NCBI RefSeq assembly: GCF_000219355.1 | Contig: NC_015722.1 | Span: 240,001-272,000 of the forward strand | DNA length: 32,000 nt | From: Candidatus Midichloria mitochondrii IricVA | Lineage (GTDB): Bacteria > Pseudomonadota > Alphaproteobacteria > Rickettsiales > Midichloriaceae | Reading direction: 5' to 3' | In this document: one piece after another, positions 8,233 through 17,791 of the stretch | Layout: each line of letters begins with the position of its first letter | How positions within the stretch are numbered: the first letter of the stretch is position 1 | Notes under the pieces: model-generated | Told to the model about the DNA's origin: nothing | The model's database searches: none | Seen by the model: the letters and a program-made list of their open reading frames with translations, nothing else | Position numbers and translations under genes: made by a program

Positions 8233-9609
8233 GTGCGTTTCTTATTCAGATTAGATAAGTACCATTTAGCTCTTTTCGTTACGATAATAGTTTCTCTGAC
8301 TTACAATGTTATTCTTTGGGGGAGTTCTGTTAACGTTCCCGATTCTACTTTGTTAGTTAAGCTTTTAACTATAGATAATCACACCTCTCCTTTTATCGAT
8401 AATGAAGAAAGTACTGATGTTAGTGACAACTCTCATGATATTGAGCAGTATAGTAAAATAAAAAAAGAAGATGGTATATATAAAATTATTTTAGAAGAAG
8501 GTGATAACCTAGAGCAAATATTTACGGAATTACAAATCGATAAAAAGAAATCGCACCTCATTACAAGCGCTATAGGGAAAGTTTATAAGTTAACCAAATT
8601 AAGAGCTGGGGAAGAGATTCAAGTTTCGTTCTTGACTGCCCAAGGGCAACTCATTGATAAGCCAGAAAATATTGAGCAATTACTTATTGATACTTCTGAA
8701 GCTAAAATCCAGATAAATTATTCTTTAGATAGTAGACAATATCATGCTAAGTTGTTGCCGATCGTACTGAAAAACAGGATTACCTCTGTTGGTGGGAAGA
8801 TAACTAATAGCTTCTTTCATTCCGCACAAAATAGTGGTTTGTCGCGCTCTATAGCTATGGATTTCATTAATATATTTAGTCACCAAATTGACTTTCAGCG
8901 CGATCTAGAATTTGGTAGCAAGTTTAAAGTTGTACACGAATATCAAATAAATGATAAGGGCAAAAAAATTAAGGATGGCAGGATTATGTATGCTTCTTTA
9001 CAGGTGAAAGATCGAAATATTGAGGTATATATGCATGAATTTTCTGATGGCACTTTTGGTTATTTTAATAAGGATGGTTCTAGCATAAAGAAAGCATTGC
9101 TTAGGACTCCGGTGAAAAGTGCTACAGTAAGCTCTGGATTTGGCATGCGGAAGCATCCAATTCTAGGGTATTCTAGAATGCACCGAGGCCTTGATTACGC
9201 GGCACCGCGTGGCACTCCTGTTATCGCTTCAGGAGATGGAGTAATTGAAATCATGAAGTATCATAGTAACTATGGGCGTTATGTTAAAATTAGACATAAT
9301 AAAAAATATTCTACCTTATACGCGCATCTGGATCGCTTCTCTAGCAAATTTTCTGCGGGATCTAGGGTAAAACAAGGTGAGGTTATTGGTTATGTTGGTT
9401 CAACCGGGATGTCTACAGGTCCGCATCTGCACTACGAAGTGCATGTAGATGGTAAGCAAGTTAACCCTGCGAAGATTACTATCATACCAAAATCATTAAA
9501 TCTAGAAGATCAACAGCTAGTTGCATTTAAAGCTAAACAAACTGAGATAAATAAGCTATTAAATGAAAATGTAGCTCTAGCTGAAGCATATACTCAGCTA
9601 AAAAAATGA
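8233..9609 (+). CDS. membrane-anchored M23 (LytM) family metallopeptidase, catalytic residues intact
   Basis: 458-aa ORF with a GTG start and an N-terminal TM helix. The C-terminal M23 domain keeps HRGLDYAAPRGTPV (HxxxD) and TGPHLHYEVHVDGKQVNP (HxH). Confidence 0.85.
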   Translation: MRFLFRLDKYHLALFVTIIVSLTYNVILWGSSVNVPDSTLLVKLLTIDNHTSPFIDNEESTDVSDNSHDIEQYSKIKKEDGIYKIILEEGDNLEQIFTELQIDKKKSHLITSAIGKVYKLTKLRAGEEIQVSFLTAQGQLIDKPENIEQLLIDTSEAKIQINYSLDSRQYHAKLLPIVLKNRITSVGGKITNSFFHSAQNSGLSRSIAMDFINIFSHQIDFQRDLEFGSKFKVVHEYQINDKGKKIKDGRIMYASLQVKDRNIEVYMHEFSDGTFGYFNKDGSSIKKALLRTPVKSATVSSGFGMRKHPILGYSRMHRGLDYAAPRGTPVIASGDGVIEIMKYHSNYGRYVKIRHNKKYSTLYAHLDRFSSKFSAGSRVKQGEVIGYVGSTGMSTGPHLHYEVHVDGKQVNPAKITIIPKSLNLEDQQLVAFKAKQTEINKLLNENVALAEAYTQLKK

Positions 9610-9630
9610 AATTGATATTCAAATTCTAAT

Positions 9631-10521
9631 ATGAAAAACATGTGTAAATTTTTTAAAGTTTTGGCTTTAATTCCTTTACTATTCATTTCTTCTTGTAGCA
9701 CTGATAAACCTGCTCCCTCTGAACGTAAAGAGCAGTTTTATTATGGTAAATCAGGCATAGTAAAATTAATAAGAATTTCTAGAACTCAGAGCATTAAAGA
9801 GATAGCATATAACTATGGAGTTGAGACAGAAGTCCTAGCAAGAGTTAATGGAAGACCAGTTTGTGGATCTGTTGCTGCTGGAGAAGTAATAAAAATTCCT
9901 ATGTCACGTGATGTCCAGTTTGAAGAACAGGTATTTGATGAAGAGGGGCAGGATTATGATTATACTATAGAGGGCATACCTTTAGTTCCAGAGCCTACCA
10001 AGCAAAAATCACCTTCTAGTGATGAAGAATTAGATAAAGATATTAATTCATCAAAAACTCATGTGCTAGCAGAGCAGTCTTTGCCCCAAGGTGAACTCAT
10101 TATTTCTAAAAAAGAAGTAGTGAAGAAGGGTGATTTTAAATATGCTACTCCTTTAAATTCAAAGCAATTTATTTGGCCGGTTGAGGGTAAGATTATGTCG
10201 CGATATGGCAAGTCAGGGAATTCCTTTAACGAAGGCATGAATATAGCTGCTCCTCTTGGTACGGTAGTGCGGGCAGCAGCCGATGGAGAAGTAATGTATG
10301 TGGGTAAAGAACCAAAGGTTTATGGTAATCTGATAATAATTAAGCATCGAGGTAATTATCTCACTGCCTATGCACATAATGCTAAGATAAGCGTAGCAAA
10401 AGGAGCAAAAGTAAAGCAAGGACAACCAATTGCAACTATAGGAAAAACTGGTGCTACTACCATCCCTCAGCTGCATTTTTCAATGAGGAAAGATAAAAAG
10501 ACTATCAATCCTGAGGGGTGA
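9631..10521 (+). CDS. nlpD: NlpD-like lipoprotein: LysM domain plus degenerate LytM domain
   Basis: 296-aa ORF with lipoprotein signal LFISSCS and a LysM-like segment (IKEIAYNYGVETEVLARVNG). The C-terminus GNLIIIKHRGNYLTAYAHNAKISVAKG..GQPIATIGKTG...QLHFSMRKDKKTINP is nearly collinear with E. coli NlpD. HxxxD is replaced by NEGMN and the first His of HxH by Gln. Confidence 0.8.
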   Translation: MKNMCKFFKVLALIPLLFISSCSTDKPAPSERKEQFYYGKSGIVKLIRISRTQSIKEIAYNYGVETEVLARVNGRPVCGSVAAGEVIKIPMSRDVQFEEQVFDEEGQDYDYTIEGIPLVPEPTKQKSPSSDEELDKDINSSKTHVLAEQSLPQGELIISKKEVVKKGDFKYATPLNSKQFIWPVEGKIMSRYGKSGNSFNEGMNIAAPLGTVVRAAADGEVMYVGKEPKVYGNLIIIKHRGNYLTAYAHNAKISVAKGAKVKQGQPIATIGKTGATTIPQLHFSMRKDKKTINPEG

Positions 10522-10982
10522 AGAAAATAATTTAAGCTTCTTCTCGAGCAAAAGGCCTTTATATTCAGGATAAGTTACTAGTATCGAAGCCTGTTTCTGA
10601 CTATCTATACACAGCGTATAGAAGGGCATGCTCAATTCTAAAGCTCTTCCCATATGAAGAAGACGAGAGTTTTCGAGCTCTCATGGGAAAGTTGTAGGTG
10701 CAGCAGCCAAACTTCTATAGGCACCCCCAATTATCCCTGAGCAACGAGAAGCTTTAGAGTTTGGCGGCTTTCGCGGCTTCCAAAAACTCTCAGCCATTCT
10801 TGAATGCTTTTTGACTTCTCATTAGTTAAGACATACAATTAAAAAACACTGCAGCTAAAGCTGTAGATTATTAGGGACTGCGCCGTAACCGTAAGAGCAG
10901 CACTCTGGCTGTTAGATCTCTCCAAGAGCGCTCCAATGTAATAGAGGTTCTGGTGGTGGAGCGTATCCTTTTTGTAGGTGCT

Positions 10983-11804
10983 TTAACAACCTCAGTTTGA
11001 CGTAAGGAGTAGGCCTGCGAGCCTATTTTTTTCCATGAGGTATATTGGGTTTGAAGACATAAGCCAAGAGCCCTGCCAAGAAATTGATTGGCGAGCGATG
11101 CCGTGTGTGCTGGATTTGACAAATCTCTTTCGTTGTCCGATGGCCGTTTCAATCAATTCACGCCCCCTGCAAGAAGCAGTTGTTTAAAAGCCGCCATATG
11201 TGTTGGGAAAAGTCAGTGTGAAATGACATAATCTCTCCCTTGATCCTGAAGGAACCACTTAAAGCCAAAGAACCATCCAGTCGACGTTTTCCCACGCTAA
11301 GCGATGCCTTTAAAGACCTTATTACGGGCTAATACGTAAGTTATGACAAAACCCCTCTTCCAGCTTTTGTTGAGTCAACGTACCTGTTTATTTCCCTTTG
11401 CAGCAATTCAGCAGAATGACCAACGGGATGACCGCGTCTCGCATCCAGCTCAACAAAGCGATTGTAGCTGATAAGCTTCGGCAATCCCTCTCTGAGAGAG
11501 ATTTGAACACAGTTTAGGTAAAAATCTTTGAATCCGGTAATGCCCTCAAATGAAACAAAACGAGGATCGTTATAACTTCGGAAAGCATCATCCCAGACTC
11601 TCGTTCCCTTTGTCTCTGCGAGTTTCTTAAGGATCTTTGGTACGTGAGTTGTCGCTTGCAAAAATCATCAATCAAACAAAATATCTCTACTAGGGAAACC
11701 ACTTTCCTTATTTATCGTGAAATTGAGAGAAACTTAATGGTTACACAGCTTCTTTGAAGCCATATCAGATAATTTCTTTAAAACTTACCTCAAACTGGGG
11801 TTAA
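10983..11804 (-). mobile_element. IS982-family insertion sequence, copy A, degraded (frameshifts plus internal deletions)
   Basis: Terminal inverted repeats are TTAACC(C/T)CAGTTTGA(G/C)GTAAG. Combined frames spell IS982-type transposase blocks: VEIFCLIDDFCK, SEVITILVLFH, FKDFY, LISYNRFVEL, YVDSTK, GLIET.IG, LLAYVFKPNI. No single frame stays open. Boundaries are accurate to about 6 bp. Confidence 0.75.
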
Positions 11805-12098
11805 CAAAAACACTGAGCAATCAAGGTATTGAGCTCGTCACCCACGGCTTAAGAAAAACATGAAAAACAAAACCCGCTTGCGGCTTTTAAACAACTGCTT
11901 CTTGCAGGGCGTGGATTGATTGAAACAGCCATCGGAGAATTGAAAGAGATTTGACAAATCCAGCACAACACGGCATCGCTTGCCAAACAATTTCTTGGCA
12001 GACCTCCTCTCAGGGCTCTTGGCTTATGTCTTCAAACCCAATATATCTAATGGAAAATAGGCTCACGGGCCCTACTCCTTACGTCAAACTGAGGTTAC
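11805..12098 (+). mobile_element. 3'-terminal ~290-bp fragment of the same IS982-family element, inverted and abutting the left end of copy A
   Basis: It begins inside the transposase region (AAACACTGAGCAATCAAGG.., encoding LSNQGIELVTHGLRKNMKN). It runs to the right IR CCTTACGTCAAACTGAGG at 12077-12094 and ends 1-5 bp from the iscA stop codon. Confidence 0.75.
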
Positions 12099-12099
12099 A

Positions 12100-12432
12100 C
12101 TAGGCAGAAAACGACTCTCCACAACCACACTTACTTTTTTCATTGGGGTTGAGAAAAACGAATCCAGATTTCACTTTTTCATCCTTATAGTCTAACTCGG
12201 TGCCAACTAAATAAAGTACCGCTTTTGGTGCAATGAATATAACAACGTCTTTATCCACCACTTCTTCATCAACAGGATTTTTTTCATCTGCGTATTCAAA
12301 AGTATAAGCAAGTCCTGAACAGCCACCTTGTTTAATACCAATTCTAATACCAGCAGTAGCTTTGCTTCTTTGCGCTATTAATGCTTTGATTCTGTTAGCC
12401 GCAGTTTCAGTAATAGAGATGATGTTACTCAT
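12100..12432 (-). CDS. iscA: A-type iron-sulfur cluster carrier (IscA/ErpA/HesB family)
   Basis: 110-aa ORF containing GIRIGIKQGGCSGLAY and the C-terminal CGCGESF motif. It is the last gene of the isc cluster. Confidence 0.9.
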   Translation of the reverse strand: MSNIISITETAANRIKALIAQRSKATAGIRIGIKQGGCSGLAYTFEYADEKNPVDEEVVDKDVVIFIAPKAVLYLVGTELDYKDEKVKSGFVFLNPNEKSKCGCGESFSA

Positions 12433-12434
12433 AG

Positions 12435-12830
12435 TTATTTATCACCTATTTCCCATTTTTCTTTATAATCACGAATGGCACTACTTATTGCATCTTCTGC
12501 TAATACCGAACAGTGGATTTTAACCGGAGGTAATGAAAGCTCTTGGGCAATTTCAGAGTTTTTTATTCTAGCCGCTTCTGCAAGAGTCTTTCCCTTTACT
12601 CTTTCAGTTGCCAAAGAACTTGAAGCAATAGCTGAAAGGCATCCAAAAGTTTTAAATTTCACATCTTCTATAATTTGCGTCTTAGGATTAACCTTGATTT
12701 GTAGCTTCATTACATCCCCGCAAGACGGAGCTCCAACTAGACCTGTGCCTACATTTTCTTCATCTTTAGCAAAGGAGCCGACATTTTGCGGATTTTCATA
12801 ATGATCTATAACTTTTTTACTATATGCCAT
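12435..12830 (-). CDS. iscU: Fe-S cluster assembly scaffold IscU
   Basis: 131-aa ORF MAYSKKVIDHYENPQNVGS...GAPSCGDVMKLQI...FGCLSAIASSS...LPPVKIHCSVLAEDA. All three cluster-ligand Cys residues are present. Confidence 0.95.
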   Translation of the reverse strand: MAYSKKVIDHYENPQNVGSFAKDEENVGTGLVGAPSCGDVMKLQIKVNPKTQIIEDVKFKTFGCLSAIASSSLATERVKGKTLAEAARIKNSEIAQELSLPPVKIHCSVLAEDAISSAIRDYKEKWEIGDK

Positions 12831-12851
12831 AATTTTACCTCTAATAACTTT

Positions 12852-14060
12852 TTAATGACCTGACCAATTAACTGTTTTTAAATTTATCCCTTCTTGCATC
12901 ATCTCCCAAAGAGGGCTTAATTCTCGGAGCCGATCAACACTTCTGGTGATACATTTTACTGCGTAATCAATTTCTCCTTCTGTAGTAAATCGCCCGATAC
13001 CGAACCTAATTGATGTATGCGCCATTTCCTCATCTACTCCTAAAGCTCTCAAAACATATGAAGGCTCAAGGGATGCAGAAGTACAAGCAGATCCAGAAGA
13101 AACAGCTAAATCTTTTATTGCCCCAATCATAGATTCTCCTTCTATACATGAAAAGCTTAGATTGATGCAGCCCGGATATCTAATATTTCTATCTCCATTC
13201 AGATATACCTCTGGAATTTTAGTAACTTCACTGATAAATTTTTCACTCAAGTTCGAGATTCTTTTATAATCATTTTCCATATCTTGCTTGGCAATTACCG
13301 CTGCCTCTCCCATACCTACTACTAAAGGGGTAGGTAGTGTACCAGATCTCATGCCTCTTTCCTGCCCGCCGCCATTAATCATCGCAGTCAATCTAACCCT
13401 CGGTTTTCTTCTAATATAAAGAGCCCCGATACCTTTTGGACCATAAATTTTATGGCCAGAAATACTCATTAAATCTATATTCATAACTTCTACATCTAAT
13501 GGAATTTTCCCAAAAGCTTGGGCGGCGTCCGTATGGAAAAATGCTCCATGAGATCTGCATATCTTACCAATCTTCGAAATTGGCTGAATAACACCTATTT
13601 CATTATTAATTGTCATAATAGAGACAAGAAGAGTATCTGAACTGATTGCATTCTCCAAATCTTTCAAATCAATTAATCCATTAGTCTTTACTGGGAGATA
13701 AGTTACTCTAAATCCTTCTTGTTCAAGGTGGCGGCAGGTATCTAGAACACATTTATGCTCTGTTATAGTAGTAATTATATGTTTCTTCTCATTCTTATAA
13801 AAATGCGCAACTCCTTTCAAAGCTAGATTATTTGATTCAGTCGCTCCCGAAGTAAATACGATATCTTTGCTATCCGCATTAATGAGCCCAGCAATTTGCT
13901 TTCTTGCGTTTTCATTTGCTTCCTCTGCTTCCCATCCAAAGGAATGGCTTCTAGAATGAGGATTACCAAATTTTTCTGTAAAATATGGTAACATCTTCCC
14001 TAAAACCCTTCTATCAACCGGGGTTGTAGCTTGGTAATCCATGTAAATTGGTAATTTCAT
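12852..14060 (-). CDS. iscS: cysteine desulfurase IscS
   Basis: 402-aa class V aminotransferase with the PLP-lysine block [17 protein letters not shown] and the active-site loop [21 protein letters not shown]. It lies directly upstream of iscU. Confidence 0.95.
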   Translation of the reverse strand: MKLPIYMDYQATTPVDRRVLGKMLPYFTEKFGNPHSRSHSFGWEAEEANENARKQIAGLINADSKDIVFTSGATESNNLALKGVAHFYKNEKKHIITTITEHKCVLDTCRHLEQEGFRVTYLPVKTNGLIDLKDLENAISSDTLLVSIMTINNEIGVIQPISKIGKICRSHGAFFHTDAAQAFGKIPLDVEVMNIDLMSISGHKIYGPKGIGALYIRRKPRVRLTAMINGGGQERGMRSGTLPTPLVVGMGEAAVIAKQDMENDYKRISNLSEKFISEVTKIPEVYLNGDRNIRYPGCINLSFSCIEGESMIGAIKDLAVSSGSACTSASLEPSYVLRALGVDEEMAHTSIRFGIGRFTTEGEIDYAVKCITRSVDRLRELSPLWEMMQEGINLKTVNWSGH

Positions 14061-14065
14061 AATAA

Positions 14066-15628
14066 TTAAATTGCATCCTTTATTAATTTATTTGACCTAA
14101 GGTATAGATCCTTCCATACTTGAATGAACCTTTTAGCTTCTTCATGGGTGTTATTTATCCCTAAGCTAATTCTAGTAGCAGTTTTAGCCTCTTCCAAAGA
14201 ATAACCCATTGCCATATGGACATGCGGTAATTTAGAAGTGCCCGAAGAACAAGCACTGCCATTACTTATAGCAATGCCATTCGTATCGAAATGTATAATT
14301 TGCGCCTCAGCTGTAACATTTGGCATACTAATAGAGGATGTATTTGGTAACCGCACAGCACCTTTACCAAAGAAAACCGCTTGACTAGCTATATTTAAGA
14401 TCTCTTCCTCAATATAATCTCTAATTGGCTCTGTTTTAGCCATTAAATTCCGATATTTCTCTTCTAGAGAGCATGCCAGCCCAAAGCCATGAATTGCATG
14501 TATATTATGAGTCCCAGAACGGAGCCTATATTCTTGCCCCCCACCAATGATGATTGGCTTAATATCTAGGTTCTTTTTATAAATTAACGCAGCAGCTCCC
14601 AAAGGTCCGCCAAACTTATGAGCGGATATGGTCATCATATCAACTGCAAGATCATTTATATCTATAGCTATTTTCCCCGGCGCTTGAGTTGCATCGGTAT
14701 GAACTATAGCCCCTTTCTTTTTAGCTAAATAAACGATATCCTTAATTGGTTGAATGACACCTGTCTCATTATTTGCAAGCATCACTGAAACTAAAGGAGT
14801 GCGCTCGCTGCACATAGTTAAGAATTTCTCTAACTCAGCAAGATCAACTGCACCAGTTGGTAGAACCTTTATTATAGCATGGCTAACTATCCCTAGTATT
14901 GAAGAATGTTCTATCACTGATACTAACGGATTAACATTTTTTATTCCCAAGATTGCCAAATTATTAGCCTCAGTTCCAGAAGAGGTGAACACCACATTAT
15001 ATTGACTATCTGCTTTTAAAAATTCTTTCACCCTGCTTCTAGCATTTTCTAAATAATGCTTTGCATCTCTACCGTTTGCATGAGTTGAAGAGGCATTCAG
15101 CGGGCGTTGAAAAAGTTCCAGCATTTCTTTCTTGATTTCTGGTAATAAGCTGGTTGTTGAGTTATGATCGAAATAGATGTTATTTAAAGAGGGTGTTTTA
15201 GCCAAACGCTGGTTCTGAACATCCAAGAGGGTTTTATTTGAAAAATATTCCTCAATCTGATTCTCTAACCCTGCCCATAAATGATGAGTAGCACACGTCA
15301 CCTTACCAGATGCCAAGCAACCATTGCTGCGGCCACTATGGGTCTGATGAGCACAGCGTGTAATTTTTATATCTTCCTCGACAGCCCTAATGATTTCCGA
15401 AATTGAGATTGCATCAGCCCTCTTAGCTAAGCGATAACCGCCCCCTGGCCCTCTTACAGCTTCAACCAAGCCTGCTCCTTTTAATTTAGCAAATATTTGC
15501 TCTAAAAACAGCACCTCAATTTCTTGGTTAAGCGCTATATCCGCTAATTTAGTTAAAGAAAATGGCTCCTTAGAAGCTATTTCTAGCATTCCCATAACAG
15601 CATATCTAGCCTTACTTGTTAGAAACAT
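14066..15628 (-). CDS. fusion protein: Rrf2/IscR-like transcription-factor domain plus NifS-like cysteine desulfurase domain
   Basis: The N-terminus [19 protein letters not shown]...[10 protein letters not shown] is an Rrf2 wHTH, followed by Cys residues (RCAHQ..NGC..VTCATHH). The remainder is a class V aminotransferase ([15 protein letters not shown]; SNGSACSSG). I prefer the Met at 15628 over the ORF-track start at 15685, because Rrf2 proteins begin M.LT.K.RYA. Confidence 0.85.
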   Translation of the reverse strand: MFLTSKARYAVMGMLEIASKEPFSLTKLADIALNQEIEVLFLEQIFAKLKGAGLVEAVRGPGGGYRLAKRADAISISEIIRAVEEDIKITRCAHQTHSGRSNGCLASGKVTCATHHLWAGLENQIEEYFSNKTLLDVQNQRLAKTPSLNNIYFDHNSTTSLLPEIKKEMLELFQRPLNASSTHANGRDAKHYLENARSRVKEFLKADSQYNVVFTSSGTEANNLAILGIKNVNPLVSVIEHSSILGIVSHAIIKVLPTGAVDLAELEKFLTMCSERTPLVSVMLANNETGVIQPIKDIVYLAKKKGAIVHTDATQAPGKIAIDINDLAVDMMTISAHKFGGPLGAAALIYKKNLDIKPIIIGGGQEYRLRSGTHNIHAIHGFGLACSLEEKYRNLMAKTEPIRDYIEEEILNIASQAVFFGKGAVRLPNTSSISMPNVTAEAQIIHFDTNGIAISNGSACSSGTSKLPHVHMAMGYSLEEAKTATRISLGINNTHEEAKRFIQVWKDLYLRSNKLIKDAI

Positions 15629-15715
15629 TTTCTTTGCTATTTGTATTGAGTTTATATAGAATATGTTGTGCTGCCTTTTAGCCAAAATAGGTTAAGCATT
15701 AGTGTGCCTGTTCAG

Positions 15716-15744
15716 ATTCTAAAATAACCTAGTGAAATAATCAA
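15716..15744 (-). promoter_or_regulatory. candidate sigma70-type promoter for the isc operon
   Basis: The minus strand reads TTGATT (15744-15739), a 17-nt spacer, then TAGAAT (15721-15716), about 90 nt upstream of the preferred start at 15628. Chance matches are common in AT-rich DNA. Confidence 0.25.
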
Positions 15745-15766
15745 CAATTATTTGAAAAAGATTTAT

Positions 15767-16468
15767 ATGCGTGAAGTAATGTTTAATGGACCAAGCGGCA
15801 AGATTGAAGGAAGATACTTTCATTCAGAGGAGATAAACGCTCCTGCTGTGTTGGTTTTACATCCTCATCCGCTTCATGGCGGAACTATGAATAACAAGGT
15901 AATTTACAATGTTTTTCATACATTAATTAGTCATAAATTTTCTGTTCTAAGATTTAACTTCCGGGGAGTAGGAAAATCGCATGGTACTTTCGATCATGGA
16001 GCTGGAGAATTACTAGATGCCGCAACTGCTCTTGATTGGCTACAAGCGCACAACCCAGGAGCATCAAGTTATTGGGTAATTGGCTTTTCTTTTGGCGCTT
16101 GGATTGCAATGCAACTATTAATGAGAAGACCGGATATCAATAATTTTATCGCTATTTCTCCTCCTGCGCATTCATATGATTTTAATTTCTTATCTCCTTG
16201 CCCAGTTCCAGGACTTATTATTCAAGGTACTGAAGATAAGATAGTTCCAGAGGCTTCAGTAATCAACCTGTATGAAAAGCTTGACGAACAAAAGAATTCA
16301 GACATTGAATATGTTTCAATCTATGGAGCAGAGCATTTTTTCAAAGATCAAATGGAAGAATTATCTAATGCAATTTCCTCCTACGTAGAGCCAAGAATTA
16401 TCATGCAACAATTACCTAAAAAAGTAAAAAGAGATCGAAGAAGAAGGCAAATTGTTCCAGAGGAATAA
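15767..16468 (+). CDS. alpha/beta hydrolase, COG2945-like
   Basis: MREVMFNGPSGKIEGRYFHS...APAVLVLHPHPLHGGTMNNKV...LRFNFRGVGKSHGTFDHGAGEL.DA..ALDW matches the conserved N-terminal pattern of this family. The nucleophile elbow is GFSFGA. The ATG at 15767 is preferred over the TTG at 15752. The C-terminal tail is very basic (KKVKRDRRRRQ). Confidence 0.8.
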   Translation: MREVMFNGPSGKIEGRYFHSEEINAPAVLVLHPHPLHGGTMNNKVIYNVFHTLISHKFSVLRFNFRGVGKSHGTFDHGAGELLDAATALDWLQAHNPGASSYWVIGFSFGAWIAMQLLMRRPDINNFIAISPPAHSYDFNFLSPCPVPGLIIQGTEDKIVPEASVINLYEKLDEQKNSDIEYVSIYGAEHFFKDQMEELSNAISSYVEPRIIMQQLPKKVKRDRRRRQIVPEE

Positions 16469-16471
16469 TTC

Positions 16472-17752
16472 ATGGAATTAGCCACTTTACTGATAGTTAT
16501 TATTTTGGGTATGCTATCTACTCTTTTCTCTATAGTTACCGCCCTTGGAGCAAAGAAAACCAACTTATATAATCAAACCTTACTATCTAAACTTGCAGAA
16601 TTCGAGACAAAACTTTCTCTTTCTCTAGGAAACAATTTTGACAACCAAGAAAAGCAGTCTGCATTGCACCATCACAGCATTGTACAACAGTTCAACACCT
16701 CAATTTCAGCGCAAAAAAATCAACTAGACACTTTACATCAGCAACTTGGACAGATCGCCCAGCTTAATGAAAATAAAATGGAAAATATCAGAAGAACTCT
16801 GCATGAAAATATATCCAAATTGCAAGATGAGAATAGTAAAAGGCTGGAAGATATAAGATTAATCGTCGATGAGAAGTTACAAAGCACCTTAGAAAAGAGA
16901 CTTGGAGAGTCATTTAAGATTGTTAGTGAGCGCTTAGAGATGGTTTACAAGGGGCTCGGAGAAATGCAAAACCTCGCCTCAGGTGTTGGAGATTTGAAGA
17001 AAGTACTAACTAATGTAAAGACTCGAGGAATTTGGGGTGAAGCTCAACTCGAAGCTATATTGCAACAAGTCATGATGCCAGATCAATACGCAAGCAACGT
17101 CGCCATTAAATTTGATTCCCAAGACCGAGTTGAATATGCCATTAAACTACCAGGAAGAGATGATAATTCCGTTGTTTGGCTTCCAATAGATGCCAAATTC
17201 CCTTTGGATGATTATCACAGATTGTTGGAAGCACAAGAGAATGGCGACTTAACTGATATAGACAAGCACAGCAAATTGCTAGAAAACAGCCTTAAAAAAT
17301 GTGCAAAAACTATAGCAGAAAAATATATTAATACTCCCACTACCACCGACTTTGCCATCATGTTTCTCCCAATTGAAGGCCTCTATGCAGAAGCGTTAAG
17401 GCGCATCGGAATTATTGAACTCTTGCAACGAGAATATAGAATAGTGATCACTAGCCCAACTACTCTATGCGCCATATTAAATAGCTTGCAAATGGGCTTC
17501 AAAACTATGGCCATAGAAAAGCACTCAAGCCAGGTTTGGAAGGTATTAGAATCTATTAAGCCAGAACTCTCCAAGTTTGCTGATTTATTAAGCAAAACAA
17601 GAACTAAATTAGAACAAGCGAGTCAAGCAATTAGCGATGCCGAAACTAAAACCCGCTCTATCCAAAAAAGACTCGATAGAGCTGAAAGACCTGCTTTAGA
17701 AAAAAAAGAGGGCGAAGCGACAGGCCTATTTACTAGCGAAGTGACCAATTAG
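16472..17752 (+). CDS. rmuC: DNA recombination protein RmuC
   Basis: 426-aa ORF with an N-terminal TM helix and a long coiled-coil region. RmuC core blocks are TRGIWGEAQLEAILQQVM, VEYAIKLPG, WLPIDAKFP and FAIMFLPIEGLYAEA. Confidence 0.9.
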   Translation: MELATLLIVIILGMLSTLFSIVTALGAKKTNLYNQTLLSKLAEFETKLSLSLGNNFDNQEKQSALHHHSIVQQFNTSISAQKNQLDTLHQQLGQIAQLNENKMENIRRTLHENISKLQDENSKRLEDIRLIVDEKLQSTLEKRLGESFKIVSERLEMVYKGLGEMQNLASGVGDLKKVLTNVKTRGIWGEAQLEAILQQVMMPDQYASNVAIKFDSQDRVEYAIKLPGRDDNSVVWLPIDAKFPLDDYHRLLEAQENGDLTDIDKHSKLLENSLKKCAKTIAEKYINTPTTTDFAIMFLPIEGLYAEALRRIGIIELLQREYRIVITSPTTLCAILNSLQMGFKTMAIEKHSSQVWKVLESIKPELSKFADLLSKTRTKLEQASQAISDAETKTRSIQKRLDRAERPALEKKEGEATGLFTSEVTN

Positions 17753-17791
17753 CGGCAAAAAGCTAGTTTTCAGTGACTAACTCCTCTTTAC

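Noticed and set aside
10522-10982. Known structured RNAs (RNase P RNA, SRP/4.5S RNA, two-piece alphaproteobacterial tmRNA, 6S) in the GC-richer spacer
   Set aside because: I could not find the diagnostic conserved strings on either strand: GAGGAAAGTCCGG for RNase P, the GGAAGCAGCCAAGG-type SRP domain IV, or a tRNA-like GGTTCGA.TCC...CCA end with an ANDN... tag frame. AGCAGCCAAAC at ~10703 is only a partial resemblance. The question stays open until an Infernal scan is run.
10871-11152. 93-aa ORF spanning the right end of IS copy A into the flanking spacer
   Set aside because: It reads across the IS inverted repeat in a frame that does not match the transposase blocks. It is an artefact of the junction.
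14066-15685. ORF-track start at 15685 for the Rrf2-NifS fusion (extra MAKRQHNIFYINSIQIAKK)
   Set aside because: Rrf2-family proteins start at the M.LT.K.RYA helix. The 19 extra codons are AT-rich spacer-like and would overlap the candidate promoter, so I prefer the start at 15628.
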